From assembly GCA_044892525.1 (NCBI GenBank), contig CM097885.1:19470001-19534000 (forward strand): 64,000 nucleotides of DNA, written 5' to 3'. Position 1 is the first letter of the stretch, and every line of letters begins with the position of its first letter. Of this stretch, positions 1-14,047 are shown piece by piece. Below the pieces are notes generated by a model. It saw nothing but the letters and a program-made list of their open reading frames with translations, was not told the origin of the DNA and searched no databases. The stretch comes from Schmidtea polychroa. Lineage: Eukaryota. Made by a program: the position numbers and the translations under genes.

Positions 1-51
1 AAAAATCATCGCAGTTTTCCATTTTTTAATGCATTGTTAAAGGCCCCGAGT

Positions 52-324
52 ATGAAAAGAATGAATATATTGCAATCATTCCCAAATGTTGTTGTCGATG
101 ATTTACTCGATATTATACTTAAAGTAGTCAAAGGCAAAATTAAAATCAGTAAATCAAAAAAGCATTTATTGAGCAAACATAGGAAACCATTGTTATCTTT
201 AGTAAATAATAAAAATCGTAAGCAAATGAGGAAAATTATATATAAACAACAAGGTGGATTTATTGGTGCATTGATACCTCTGGCATTATCATTATTAGGT
301 GGAGTTGTAGGAAATCAATCATAA
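52..324 (+). CDS. Small basic core protein, adenovirus pX/mu-like
   Basis: Lys-rich body followed by QQGG^FIGALIPLALSLLGG, resembling the adenain site and hydrophobic tail of adenovirus pX (xGG-F/ILPxLIPxIAxAIG). Lies just upstream of the integrase. Confidence 0.65.
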   Translation: MKRMNILQSFPNVVVDDLLDIILKVVKGKIKISKSKKHLLSKHRKPLLSLVNNKNRKQMRKIIYKQQGGFIGALIPLALSLLGGVVGNQS

Positions 325-385
325 ACAATGGGTGCTAATCCTTCATTGCCCGACATTAAATTTAATTTTAAATCTTCTTGTTGTA

Positions 386-1494
<1,109 letters not shown>

Positions 1495-1498
<4 letters not shown>

Positions 1499-2512
1499 AT
1501 TTTTATACTATTTTGCCAAGCAATAGTTGTCCATTAATTCATCCAGAAAATCAAGCAAGCAAATTCATCATCGAACTCAAAAAACCCCATCTATCTGGAT
1601 ATTGACTGGGAAGTTGCTCTGTTGGATTTTACATTTGTATACAATTTATTCCCAATCTATAGCAAATCAGTTATTGAATATAATAAGAAAGTAGCAGTAA
1701 CGGAATATATTAGTGTTCTTATTGATAAAGATAGTTATAACTTGACGAGTTCATCGAAATCAAGGAAACCTATAATTTATGATGATGGTCAATATTTATA
1801 CATGAATTGCTTGAATAAGCCATTCGAAATTTTATTTTCTACAGTGGCTGATGCTAAACGTCTTGGATTTACTGATTTACGTAATGTATTTAATGATACA
1901 GTCAAAATAAATCTCTCTACACTTCCAAAAACTAATAATTTAGTGGAATTCAAATTTAAGCTATCATACTTTGAAATAACAGAGCATGCATATACTTTTA
2001 AAGATAATTTATATATTACAGACCTCGAACAATTACAAACTTATTTAGCTGACAATTGTAGCGAGATTTTTACAGTTTTCGAGCTTCAAAAAGATAAAGT
2101 ATTTAGATTTAGTATAAATTCTAATCTTAGTCAAGTTAAATTTGACTCAAATTTGGCAAAAACATTAGGATTGACTAAACCAGTATGTACACAAAATGAA
2201 CAAATTTGTGAAGGAACAAACAAACCGAAAATCCTTAAACATCATCAGCAAATGTTCATTTACAGTAATATCGTGGAACCAGTTATTGTTGGCGATTCTA
2301 GTGTTCCTTTAATGAAATCTATATGGATTAAAAAACATGATCAAGATGAAGTTGTACAAATCAATGTAGAAAATCCCATGTATTTACCTGTTTCAACATC
2401 TTGTATAAACAATATAGAAATAAATATAAGAGATGATTCTGGTCAATTAATCGAATTTCCAAAAGGTTCAAAAACTCATTTGACATTACATTTTCGTAAA
2501 ATAAATGGCTAA
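1495..2512 (+). pseudogene. Minor capsid protein (penton, Polinton PX); frameshift near 1590
   Basis: N-terminal FYTILPSNS..PENQASKF..(frameshift)..WEVAL; C-terminal FIYSNIVEP..VGD..PL..YLPV..INNIEINIRDDSG..LTLHFR. Confidence 0.85.
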
Positions 2513-2879
2513 TTCTGATATTATTAGTATGTATAGTGGTAGCCAATCTGGTGGTGAATTACCATATTTTATTGGTAAACAGTACGGATCAGGATGGTTG
2601 AGAACAATTGGCAGATTTGCCCTGCCTATTCTTAAACGTATTGGTAGTTTTGGTATGAAAACTGCAAAAGATGTTATTATGAATGAACAGAAAATATTAC
2701 CATCTCTAAAAACAAATGCTTTAGCAGAATTAGGGAAAGTTTTACCCGGGGTTGCAGGTATGTTTCAAAAAGAAAAACCTCCAGCTCCAGCTCCAGTTCA
2801 TGCTCCAAAACGTAAAAGACATGGAATATCACGTATAAACAAACGAATGAAAGGACATGGAACTATATTTGCAAAATGA
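2505..2879 (+). CDS. pVI-like amphipathic/basic virion protein
   Basis: QSGG, QYGSG and MKGHG adenain-type sites, amphipathic WLRTIGRFALPILKRIG, basic C-terminus. Lies between penton and hexon. Confidence 0.7.
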   Translation: MANSDIISMYSGSQSGGELPYFIGKQYGSGWLRTIGRFALPILKRIGSFGMKTAKDVIMNEQKILPSLKTNALAELGKVLPGVAGMFQKEKPPAPAPVHAPKRKRHGISRINKRMKGHGTIFAK

Positions 2880-4093
2880 TTATTGGTAAATCTGAATTAT
2901 GTATATTTGATAGACCGTTGCCCCAGGCTGTAATAGAATTTGGGGCATTTGAGGAAGTTTTTCCTATGAATTCAATTACCGATAGTAGAAATGATATCGA
3001 GTTTTATATTAATGGTTCGCAAACCGAATATTTAGATTTGAACGATACTTTATTGACTGTTCAGATTAAGGTTGTAGATAAAGATAGAAAAGTTTTGGAT
3101 GCCAATGCAGATGTAATACCGAACAATTTCCTGTTTCATACTGTTTTTAAAGATGCAGTGTTGGGATTTAATAATATCAAGGTTGAGGGCGGAAATAATA
3201 CATTCATTCACAAGGCATTAATAGAAACTATTTTAAATTACAATTCTGATACTAAAATACATGTCTTACTCCTATGGGCTATGGCAGTGATGATGAAAGA
3301 AAAAAGTGGGTAAAAGGCTCAAAGGTTTTCACCATGTGCTCATCATTACAACTTGATTTTATGGATCAACCGAAATATTTACTACCGGGAGTTAATGTAC
3401 ATATTAGACTGAAAAGGTCTGATTCTGCATTATCTCTTACTAGTGCAACTACTACACCAATATGTCAATTAGTTGATGCAAAATTATTGGTGAGAAGAGT
3501 TCGAGTAGACCCCTCAGTATTAGCAGGTCATTAATTGGGTCTTAATTTAAAACATGCAATTTATCCATTAAAAACAAAGGAAATTGTACAATTTGCTATT
3601 GCTAAAGGTGCTTCATCATTCTATAAAGAACAAATATTTGGTGACAGAAGAATGCCTAATTTTATTCTGATAACATTTCAAAGTGAAGCACAATATAATG
3701 GATCATATACTGCGTCCAGCTCAATTTTCAAAAACTTTAATGTTACTTCATTGACTTTGTCGAAAAATACTGATTATAGAGAAACATATTCAAGATTTCG
3801 AGAATGACAATTACTGTGCGACATATATGCAGAGTATTGTTAGAAATCTGGGTTATTTAGATAAAAATTTGAATTGCGGAATAACACTAGAAGATTTTAA
3901 AAGCAAATACCCATTTTTTACATTTGTTTTAGCCCCTGATTTTGATTTAAATCAAAGTCAATTACCTCAAAATGGAAATTTACGACTGGATATAAAGTTT
4001 GCAAAAGCTATTACTGAACCAGTACATGTTATAATATATGCAGTATTTGAAAATGAAGTTCAAATTACTGCAAATAGAACTGTGTTGGTATAA
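2876..4093 (+). pseudogene. Major capsid protein (hexon, double jelly-roll, Polinton PY); two frameshifts and a stop at 3532
   Basis: Four ORF pieces join up: SELCIF, IEFYI..EYLDLNDT, QPKYLLPGV..IRLKR, LLVRRVRV, AIYP, FKNFNV, GNLRLDIKFA..VIIYAVFEN. Confidence 0.92.
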
Positions 4094-4120
4094 ATGTATA
4101 TTGAAACACAAAAAGTTGTC

Positions 4121-4505
4121 ATGGAGTAAGTTGTTTTTTATACTCTGGATTTATTTAAGTAGTTCTGTTCAGGTCAATAAAATCGGAAAACAGATATTGG
4201 GAAATGAATTTGTTGGAGTTTTTCCTCTTGATAAAATTCCATATTTGAGCAATAATCAAGCAATAATCGTCAATACTCAATCGTCTCATCTTTGTGGAGA
4301 ACATTGGATAGCTATATATGTGAAACCTGGTAATATATTCGTGTTCGATCCTATGGGTTTTTATTACCCGGCTTTGTTGATTTCAAAACTACAAACAATG
4401 GGGAAACCTATTGTGTATAATAAAACTATGTTTCAAAATCCCTTGACCCAAACATGTGGTCAACATTGTTTAGCTTGGTTATTGTACAAAAAATTTGATG
4501 TTTAA
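4121..4505 (+). CDS. Adenain-type cysteine protease; 37-nt intron 4126-4162 just after ATG-GA
   Basis: Spliced start MDSVQVNK; FVGVF, IVNT..GEHWIA (His), FDPMG (Asp), Q..TQTCGQHC (Cys). The same intron is present in the second copy. Confidence 0.9.
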
Positions 4506-4547
4506 TAAATGTATCCTTTCCTTTGTTGTTGTGATTATTATTATTAA

Positions 4548-4605
<58 letters not shown>

Positions 4606-4870
4606 ATTATTTTGAAAAATATTATTATTTTTAATTAATTTTATTATTATTTACATAAATATTATTAATTCTACATAAAGACCACCTTTGCCTGAGGCAT
4701 GCACAGTGCAAGTTAACAAAGGCATGACTAACAAAGGCAGTCACATGTAATTTCTGAGTGATTTACATTACATATATGCATGCGTGTGATTGGTTGAGAG
4801 AGTAAAATATTCAGTGTATATGTGTGTGTGTCTATATTCTCATTGGCTGGGACAGGAAAATATTCATTCT

Positions 4871-4897
4871 CTTTATAAACATTGACAAATCTAAAAT
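4871..4897 (+). promoter_or_regulatory. TATA-box promoter of the intron-rich gene
   Basis: CTTTATAAACATTGACA..TTTGTCACAATT is conserved on the minus strand at ~36830-36867, upstream of the equivalent gene. Reverse CCAAT boxes at ~4789 and ~4843. Confidence 0.6.
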
Positions 4898-4945
4898 TTG
4901 TCACAATTATTTCAAAATTTTAAAAATTCAATTTACCTATCTAAA

Positions 4946-5608
4946 ATGGAAAACAATAATAATCGCGTTTTAAGAAATCTGTTGACGACTGGTAATTTAT
5001 TTTATTATATTTTATTTTATTTTATTCTTTTAGATGTGTTCGACTGGTACAAAGTTACCGAAGACGAATCTATGTTAAATGTCGATAAGATCTTCGGTAA
5101 ATTTCTTATTTTAATTTTTATTAAATTAATTTTTTCATTTCAGAAAATGATAATGAGAATAGCGACGATGATGTCGTTTTTCTTGGGCAAACTGATGCCC
5201 CTAATAATGAAAATGACAAGATCTTTGGTAAATTTATTATATTAATTTTTATTAAATTAATTTTTCATTTTAGAAAATGTTTTAAATAGCGACGACGATG
5301 ATGTCGTTTTTCTTGGGCAAACTGATGCCCCTAATTATGCCCCAGTTTTCAAAGAAAGAAGTAAATTTATTTTATTTTAGTATTTTATTTTTAAAAACTT
5401 TTTAGTGTTTAATGTCGACATTGATGCAGAAATTGATGCGGATAATGCCCTCGCTTCTGTCGAGGAGGACTCAAATATATCAATTGCAGATAATGCCCTC
5501 ACTTCTGTTGAGGAGGTTGCTGAAGACTCAGATTCCGATATGGAATCACAATGTAAGATTTATTTATTTTTATATATATATTTTTTTAAATATATTAAAA
5601 TTTCGTAA
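4946..5608 (+). CDS. Multi-exon acidic protein with SIM-like motifs (exons 4946-4991, 5034-5096, 5144-5227, 5274-5360, 5406-5552+); 3' end uncertain
   Basis: Four 42-47 nt GT..AG introns, all phase 1, give one open frame: MENNNNRVLRNLLTTDVFDWYKVTEDESMLNVDKIFENDNENSDDDVVFLGQTDAP..SDDDDVVFLGQTDAP..DSDSDMESQ. Confidence 0.75.
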
Positions 5609-5659
5609 TCACTTTTTAAAATATTTTGATACAAATTTTCTTAAATATTTTGATAAAAT

Positions 5660-6060
5660 TATGATGAAACTTATGACGAAAATTTATGAAGAAAATTTAT
5701 GACGAAAATTTATGAAGAAAATGATGATGAAAATGATTTATGCCCAAAATTATGATGAAAATGATTTATGCCCAAAATTATGAAGAAAATGATTTATGAT
5801 TTATGATGAAAATGATTTATGCCCAAAATTATGATGATGAAAATGATTTATGAAGAAAATGATGATGAAAATGATTTATGATAAAAATGATTTATGCCCA
5901 AAATTATGGTGAAAATGATTTATGATTTATGACCAAAATTATGATGAAAATGATTTATGATGAAATTATGACGAAAATTTATGAAGAAAATGATTTATGA
6001 TGAAAATGATTATATGAAGTAAATACTACGTTTTTGAAATATAATGAAATTATTATGAAA
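5660..6060. repeat. Polinton subterminal minisatellite (ATGATTTATGCCCAAAATT / ATGAAAATGATTT units)
   Basis: Short tandem units visible directly. Confidence 0.85.
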
Positions 6061-6266
6061 ATATTTAAAAAAGTGATTACAAAATTATAGTTATAAAATA
6101 AATCCTTGTAGTTTGCAATGTGCATCTACAATAGTTAAAATGAGCTATCGATTATTAATTTTCGTTGACGGGAACTTTGAAAAAATTAAAAATAAAATAA
6201 TAATATTTTTTAAAAATAATAATAAAAATAATAATATTTTTTAAAAATAATAATAAAAATAATAAT

Positions 6267-6642
6267 ATGACCTTGATGACTCATCGCGATGACTCTTATG
6301 ACCTTGGGAATGACCTTGGATGAGCCATAGGATGACTCAGATGACCTTGAAAAATTTTGATGAGTCATAGTATGAGTCATTTGACCTTGAGAATGACCTT
6401 GATGAGTCATGGCCTTTGTTTAAATGACCTTGACAATTTTTATGACTCATTGGATGAGTCATATGACCTTGAAAATGACCTTGATGAGTCATAGTGTGAG
6501 TCATATGACCTTGAGAATGACCTTGATGAGTCATGGTCTTTGTTTAAATGACCCTGAGAAATTTTATGCATCATCGGATGAGTCGTGGTATTTGTTTCAA
6601 TGACCTTGATGAGTCATATGTCTTTGTTTAAAATTTGACCTC
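6267..6642. repeat. Polinton TIR/subterminal array of TGACCTTG and TGA(G/C)TCA motifs
   Basis: About a dozen copies of each motif, often as ATGACCTTGATGAGTCAT. Confidence 0.85.
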
Positions 6643-7299
6643 GAAAAAATTTTTATAAAAAAAATTTTACGACCGGGGGGGGGGTACTGTGCTAGCGGTG
6701 CCCTGTGCCAGCGGTGCCCAATCCATCTACTACAATGGTCTCAGAAGAATGTCTAAATCGAAAAAACAGTTAAGGACATATCAATTATTATGTAAACTTT
6801 GATGCGCTTTGTGAGATACTTAAAAATAAAATATTTAAAGATTCTTAAAAATTAATTTTAATAAAAGAAATTATGACAATTATGACAATAGACAATATGA
6901 TACTGAAAAAAGGCGAAGTTAAGAAAGTTAATGAGAGACCCAATAGGCGTATGGCTTCTTCAAAGCATATTGCAAGAAGAGTTTACAACAAAGCGAAAGG
7001 ATCACCGGAACCAGAATTGCACCTCTTACAACTCGGTCAATGTTACTGTTGTGGTGAATCAGTGTTGTTTAATATGTGGTAAAATGATCATTTTATAATA
7101 ACTGCCCTCTATTAAGAAGTAATAATACAAGGAGAATTCACTGGATTCAAGAAGAAAATAATTGTAAGGTGTTGGGACTCAACAACACTCGACGGAATTT
7201 TCGCAAATGGAAATACTATTTGGAAGAAAGGTTAATATGCATGGAATGAATTCATTCATAGATTTTAATCGAGATAAAGTATTATTGGCATATCACAAA

Positions 7300-8300
7300 A
7301 TAATATTATGGTAGCAGCAGATAAAATGAAATCAAGAGATGCAAATAAGAAAAGTCATCAGAATTTTGAGGTGGGTCAAAGAGTAAAAATGGATCTACAT
7401 AAGCGATCAAAACATAGTAAAAATTATTGGTTTTTTTTCTGTAAAGAATATCCAGAAGGGAAAAGATCCCAAAGAATTGAATGGCTGAAAGAGTATCATA
7501 GTTTTTAAAGAAAGGGAGAGTGACAATATTTACTCTGTTATTTTGTTTAAATATTCGGATTTTATATTATAAACATTATTTGGAAATAGATTGTTATATT
7601 TAATGAATATTAATGGAAATGTTACTCAATTAACACCCGAAATTCGGGAAATAATTAAACACGCTGTTGGCAAATTGTGTCGAACAACCAAAACGTTTCG
7701 AAATGGGCCAAGATATCTACAAGGTTTTAACAGATATCGAGATTTTATATGGATGGTTCAATTGATGGTTCAATGGATTGTTCGAAACATTTTAAAAAAG
7801 GTCAATTATCATAATATGAAAATTAGTGAAGTGATAGTGAATGCTGATTACAAAGCCTCTGAAGACTATATTAAAGAATTCGATACTAGTATTAGAAAAT
7901 AAGAATATTCGATGAAACATATAGTGTGGAAGTATCTAGACGTTCCAATATTTATAAACAAGCGAAAAGTGAATTTGATATACAGAGATCAGATATGCAA
8001 CAAGACAATGCTATACTCTGGAAGTAAAAAAAGACTACGAGAATCAACAAAACAAGAGAAAGACGGAAATGTTTGGACTTGTCACATGATCACATGCTTC
8101 GGTTGTAGGAAAGAGGGACATATCAGAAGAGAATACCCAAATATAAGATGCAGGAGATGCAATATGAATGACCGTAGAGAAGCTGAGTGCTACACAACTT
8201 TAAACTTACAAGAAACAAGGTAAAGGTAAGTGGAATGCAACTGATGAAAGTATAGATATTAAGGAAATAGATGAACAGAAACCTAATAAAAAAAGATATT
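7300..8300 (+). pseudogene. Decayed Gypsy-like fragments (integrase C-terminus and PPT; Gag zinc knuckles)
   Basis: FEVGQRV-type integrase tail, purine run AAAGAAAGGGAGAG followed by TG at ~7521, degenerate CFGCRKEGHIRREY and CRRCNMNDRREAEC knuckles. Confidence 0.45.
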
Positions 8301-8391
8301 ACAGTATTCAGGGCCGACCAAATGTAACAATCTAGGACACGAAAAGGAACATTTAATAACTTGCCTAAAAGTGACTGTAGTACCTCTACTT

Positions 8392-8505
<114 letters not shown>

Positions 8506-8510
8506 TAAAT

Positions 8511-10889
8511 CAGGGTTTCTTAACCTGTGGTTCATGCACCCTTGGGGGGTCCATGGATCATATTTTGGGGGTTCGCCGACTGCTCCTAATTTTTAAAATT
8601 TCTTAAAAAAAAATTTTTTTTGTCAAAATTTGAAAATTTGAAACACTGAGTAGCCTTAGATTTTTATTTCACTTGCGTTAGAATCAGTTCCGCAAAGTTC
8701 TTGCAAATTCTTAAAGCGAAATATTTGTTCGTAAAGTATTGTATTTACTAGTATTTTTTTTTCGAGTGCTTTTTTTGTATCATAGTTTTTTCTAGTGTTT
8801 TTTTGTGTTATCAACGGTGTTTTCAAGTAAAGGTGAGTTCAGTCAAGTAATTCATTTGTGAACAATTTCAATTTGAATTCTTAATAATTTATTGATATTT
8901 TTTCCTAATAATTTCTTGATATTTAATTCTTGATATTTTTTGTAGCCCAAAATGTCCAAAAAAAGGAAGTACGATGAAAGTTACGTTAAATATGGATTCT
9001 GTTGCATGAAGGAATCGGACGATGTTGAAAAGCCACAATGCTTTCTATGGGGAAAAATTTTGGCAAACGCCAGTATGAAACCGGCAAAATTGATAGAGCA
9101 TCTCAAATCTCTTCATCCTGAAAATGCATCTAAAGATCTAGAATTTTTTACAAAGAAGAAAGCCCAGTTTTCGAAATCTGGAACATTAACCAAAATTGGA
9201 TTTGGTATTCCACAAAAATCTTTGGTTGAAGCATCTTTCAGAGTTGCATATCGTATTTCCAAAAGTAAGAAACCGCAAACTATTGGAGAGACATTAATTA
9301 AGCCATGTGCGCTAGAAATGGTTGAATTAGTTTGTGGACTGGAACAGAGAAAAGAACTTGAGGCTATTCCATTATCCAATGATGTGATAAAGTCAAGAAT
9401 AGTTGAAATTTCTTGTAGTATTTTGAAACAGATCATCAATGAATTGAAAGCATCGCCTGTTTTTGTTCGTTACATGTCAGCTGATACTATCAAAGAAGAA
9501 TTCTTATTTTGTGAGCCTCTTTTGCAAACTACAAAAACAGTTGATGTTTTAGCGATTTTGAATGTTTTCTTTTCCAAACACGATTTCGAGTGGAAACAAA
9601 AACTTCATTCGCTTTGTACCGATGGAGCACCTGCAATGCTTGGCAATAAATCTGGTTTTGCACATTTGGTAAACAAAGAAGCTCCTAATGTTATTATTAC
9701 GCATTGTTTTTTACATAGACATGCGATGGCTACAAAAACTCTTCCAACCAGCTTAAAAGATGTATTGTCAATAGTTATTAAAACCGTGAATTTTATTAGA
9801 AGTAGAGCTCTTAATCATCGTCTTTTTAAAACATTGTGTCAAGAAATGAACGCAGAACATGAGGTACTTCTGTACCACACGGAAGTGCGCTGGCTGTCTT
9901 GAGGGCAGGTTTTGAAACGAATTTTCATGTTGAAGACAGAAGTATCACTATTTTTGGAAGAAAAAGATAACTCGCTCTTCGAATATTTCAATAACAAAGA
10001 TTTTATATGTAAATTGGCTTACCTGGCAGACATTTTTAACCACATGAACGATATAAATATTTCAATTCAGGGGCTTGATACAACAATTATGGATGTCACT
10101 GAAAAACTACAAGCATTTTAATCGAAAATGTCCGTTTGGAAAATTAGAATTCAAAATGGGATATATGCAAACTTTCAAATGTTGGACGAATTAATTTTGA
10201 AAATGGATCTCGGCAAGATAATTTGTTATTGAATAACTTGAAGGATGTAATCTGTGAGCACCTGGAAGTACTTCAAGTTTCATTTGAAAAATATTTCAAT
10301 TTGGATGAAATAACTAAACAAGATGAGTTGTGGATTCGTAATCCTTTTCTTTGTGATATTGACTGTATCGATGACATAAACCTTGCCAACGACGAGTTAA
10401 TTGATTTGAAAACAAATTCCTTGTTAAAAATGGATTTCGATTTGGTCTTCTTTAAGAGAAGCCTACCCATTGCTAATAAAACGAGCTATGGCAGCCATTT
10501 TACCATTTGCTACGGTATATCTTTGTGAATCAGGATTTTCCACACTCGTAACAATAAAAACAAATCATCGAAATCGACTGAATGTCCAACATGATATGCG
10601 CGTTGCGTTGTCGAAAACCATCCCTCAATTCAATCTCTTAACCAAGGAAAAGCAGCAACAGCCTTCACATTGAAAATTTTATTTTCTTCAATTACATTTA
10701 TTATTTTATATCCAGGAACATAAAGATATCTGTCAACAGTTATATTATTGAAATAAAAATATTTAAATAATAAAATAGAATATATTTTGTAATAAATGAC
10801 GTTTAAACAAATTTTTTTTACAGAGGGTTCCGTGACATATTTAAAATTTTTAAAGGGGTCCATTGCACGAAAAAGGTTAAGAAACCCTG
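8511..10889 (+). mobile_element. hAT DNA transposon, Buster/Charlie type
   Basis: Perfect 16-bp TIR CAGGGTTTCTTAACCT / AGGTTAAGAAACCCTG; 8-bp TSD ttataaat / atataaat (7/8 match). Confidence 0.95.
8952..10673 (+). pseudogene. hAT (TcBuster/ZBED5-like) transposase, disrupted
   Basis: BED-like N-terminus, CTDGAPAM, HCFLHR, EVRWLS*G, LAYLADIF, FATVYLCESGFS, QQQPSH. The segment with the first catalytic Asp is deleted (KASP|VFVRY); stops and a frameshift follow. Confidence 0.93.
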
Positions 10890-12408
10890 ATATAAATAAA
10901 AAAACGTTTTATTTTATTCTAATAATTAGAAAAGGAGAAAACAGATCTTTTTAAAATGTAGAAAAGATCGAGCTTACCAATATTTTAGATAAAAATGAAG
11001 TGCGTTTAAAAGATGAAGCTAAATTGCAATAGAGATAGATTCTTTCTGCCAAATCATAACCAGCTACGGATCAAATACAAGGACCTACTCCAAAAATCTA
11101 TAATAAATAAATATTGTACAATTTCAATCGTTGTATTTTCCTAACCACGATAGTAACGTAAGTTACTCAACTAAATAAAAACAAATAAATGTTAGCGGAA
11201 CTAAATGCTAATTTGTATATAAAGTGTTTAAAAATTATTTAAAAAGACTCACTTACGAAATTTTCTATATTTTTAAACAAAATAATAAAATGAATACCAT
11301 TGATGAAATTTTCAACTAAAAATAAAAAATTATTAAATCTTTCAATTTAAATTTTACTTGAATATTTTACCAACCTTGAGGAAAATTTTGAAAATTTTTA
11401 AATTAAAATTTAATTGAAACTTAAAGTTTTCTATTATGGATACAATAAATACTTAAAATACGAAGTTAAATTAAAAAAAAATCATTAAATGCATGATAAT
11501 TAAAATAAATTTCCAAAATACATATGAATAATTTTTTTAAAAGTTAAAATAAAGAAATTATTATTTCTTTATAAAACTAATAAAATAAAATGTTTAAAAT
11601 AGATTAAAATATACATTAAAACAAGTTAATTTCAAGTTAAGATTTTATTACAATTTTTATTAATATAATTATTAAAAAATTATGCTTGTTTTTTAAAAAA
11701 TATATAAATATATATATTTGAATTCTTTTTAAATAATTTTTTTTAAATTTGTATATATATAATAAAATAAAATATATATAAGAAAATAAAATTCTTATCG
11801 AAATACTTTTCGAATGTCTTTTTACATATTAAATGTTTAATCTTTCAGGTGAAATTTAAATAAAACTAAAAATCTAGAAATTATTTAGTAAGTTTTTTGA
11901 AGTAAATTTTTAATTTAAAAAGGAATTATTATCACGAAATGAAATTCGGTTAGAACTTTTCCCTTTTGATTTTCCTATAAATGTCTCATTAAAGTAAAGA
12001 ATTTCAAGATCAACATAAATTTTATCTGATAAATGTATATTATTACATTATCTTTAAATTCATGATTTTAAACAAAAGAAACTTATTTGTTTTTGAAGTC
12101 AAAAGATCAAAATCCTTTTAAATATAATTGAGAATATAATAATTAATTTATTATATTTTAATAAAACTTTCAAAAATATTTGAAAAATAAATTATAGTTT
12201 TTATGATTGAAAATTTTAAATATGAAATAAGAGTATTGATTACAAAGAGTGGATATTTCTGAGACCAAAATTTTATTGTTTATTAGGTAACACAAATACG
12301 ACAAAAGCGAAAGGTGTAACATTGAAAAATGTAGACATTAAACCTCAGTAGATGGATATGTCCTTTCCACACCATGTCCCATTCACACCACTATCCCTTT
12401 ACCACACA

Positions 12409-14047
12409 CTACATCTTTTCCGGAGCAAGAGGGAAATCGTTCAAATAATTATGCAACAGAATGGGGATATTTATATTGACTTCAATAGTGTAACCAATAT
12501 CCGAATTTATACACTCGTGCAATATAGATTCAAAATTATTATAAACCCAAGTAAAATCGGCATGTGGAAGTTTTTGGCTAAGAGCCCAACCATACAAATT
12601 ATTAATATCAATATATAATAATTCTGTATTCTCTGAAGTTGAAACATGATGCTTGTTAACAAATGTCAAACTACCTCGTATTCCTCCCTCATAAAAATTG
12701 AACATTTCCATATCCTGCAAAATTTCAATCGACTCTTGTAACGTCATGAGTGCTGATATCCATGACATACCAGGAATGCCATAGAAATTCAGAGGTTCAA
12801 GACCATTGTAAGCAATGACCTTTGCGCGGAATCGTTGGATATAATCAGCCAAGAGAAATACATCTAATTTAAGATAAGTTAACATGTAGTCCAAAAGATT
12901 ATTACAATTTGTTGAGCAGTAGCATATTCATCTGCCGTAACACCATCCCAAATTGGTGGCAATTCAAGAGTAGATTCTAGAATTTCTAATGAAGTAGCAA
13001 AATTATAAGGGAAAATGCCTTTACAAGTCATAATAGAACCTTCAAAAGCAGATGGTGTCAAAGAAAGATCCAACAGCCTTTGCCAAAGAACAGTTCGATA
13101 AAACGAACAGGTAATATTTTGATATAAGAGATTAATGATATATAAATAATATTCAACTCCCACGATGGAAAATAATCAAGACCAAATTTCAAAATATGAT
13201 GAAGATCATATCCCTTCAAGTTATGAAAGACTACAGGATACTGTTTTTGAATTCGGCGAGAAATATTAAATTTACTACAGTCAGCACCAAGATACTTGCC
13301 AGAGAAATGATCATGATCTCGAACTTTGCGAATAATAAATTTTTTACAAAGGTAACAGGTTGTAAAGAAATTGAAAGCACGATTTTGGGCCCAAGTCATA
13401 GTTTTTAAAGGTGTTTTGCCACGAATTTCACAATAAGGGATAAATGCTAAATGCTAAGGGATAAATGTCAGCAATCTCTTCAATTTTACGCAAAAATTTC
13501 CAAAACACAATCAGTACCAATGAAATTATAATATGATTTTGTATTTGTGTAGTTGTTAATTAGTAAAAGGCCTGCGGATATTGGATGAATTTGACGATGT
13601 ATTACATCTTTAGGTAAAAACGATTCGAAATCGGCATAAATTAAAATTGGTGGGTAATTGTATTTGCAAAATTTTCGAATTGCAAGTTTTTATTTGTAGG
13701 AAGAGTGTAAAGAATCGTTCGTATCTGATTTTTACTACACAATGTAACATATCTATCAAAATCATGTAATCGAAATTCATTAAGGCAATGAGGGCACCAA
13801 TTAATTCTTATTCTTATCGAGCAATCTATATTATTAGGATGACAATTCATTAAACGTTGCAAGTTGATAATGGCCGTATAATGATAGTTATCATCATCTT
13901 CAAGAAGTAGCAAGTACACAGGTATGCCATCAATAACTTTGGATCTATGTATAATATCAAGGTGAGGATGATGTGGCACATAAGCATCATCATTATTACT
14001 GTCATTGTCCATAATAATTACATGTTTGTATGAAAATACACTTATAG
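12409..14047 (-). pseudogene. Protein-primed family B DNA polymerase A, middle part, 3'-truncated against the TIR
   Basis: YADFES (ExoI), CYLC..RDHDHFSGKYLG (endonuclease VII-like), FHNLKGYD, YLKLDV, YIDINNLYG, FPLAPE; many disruptions. Confidence 0.92.

Noticed and set aside
6210..6534. MTHQGH-repeat ORFs
   Set aside because: Translations of the TIR motif array.
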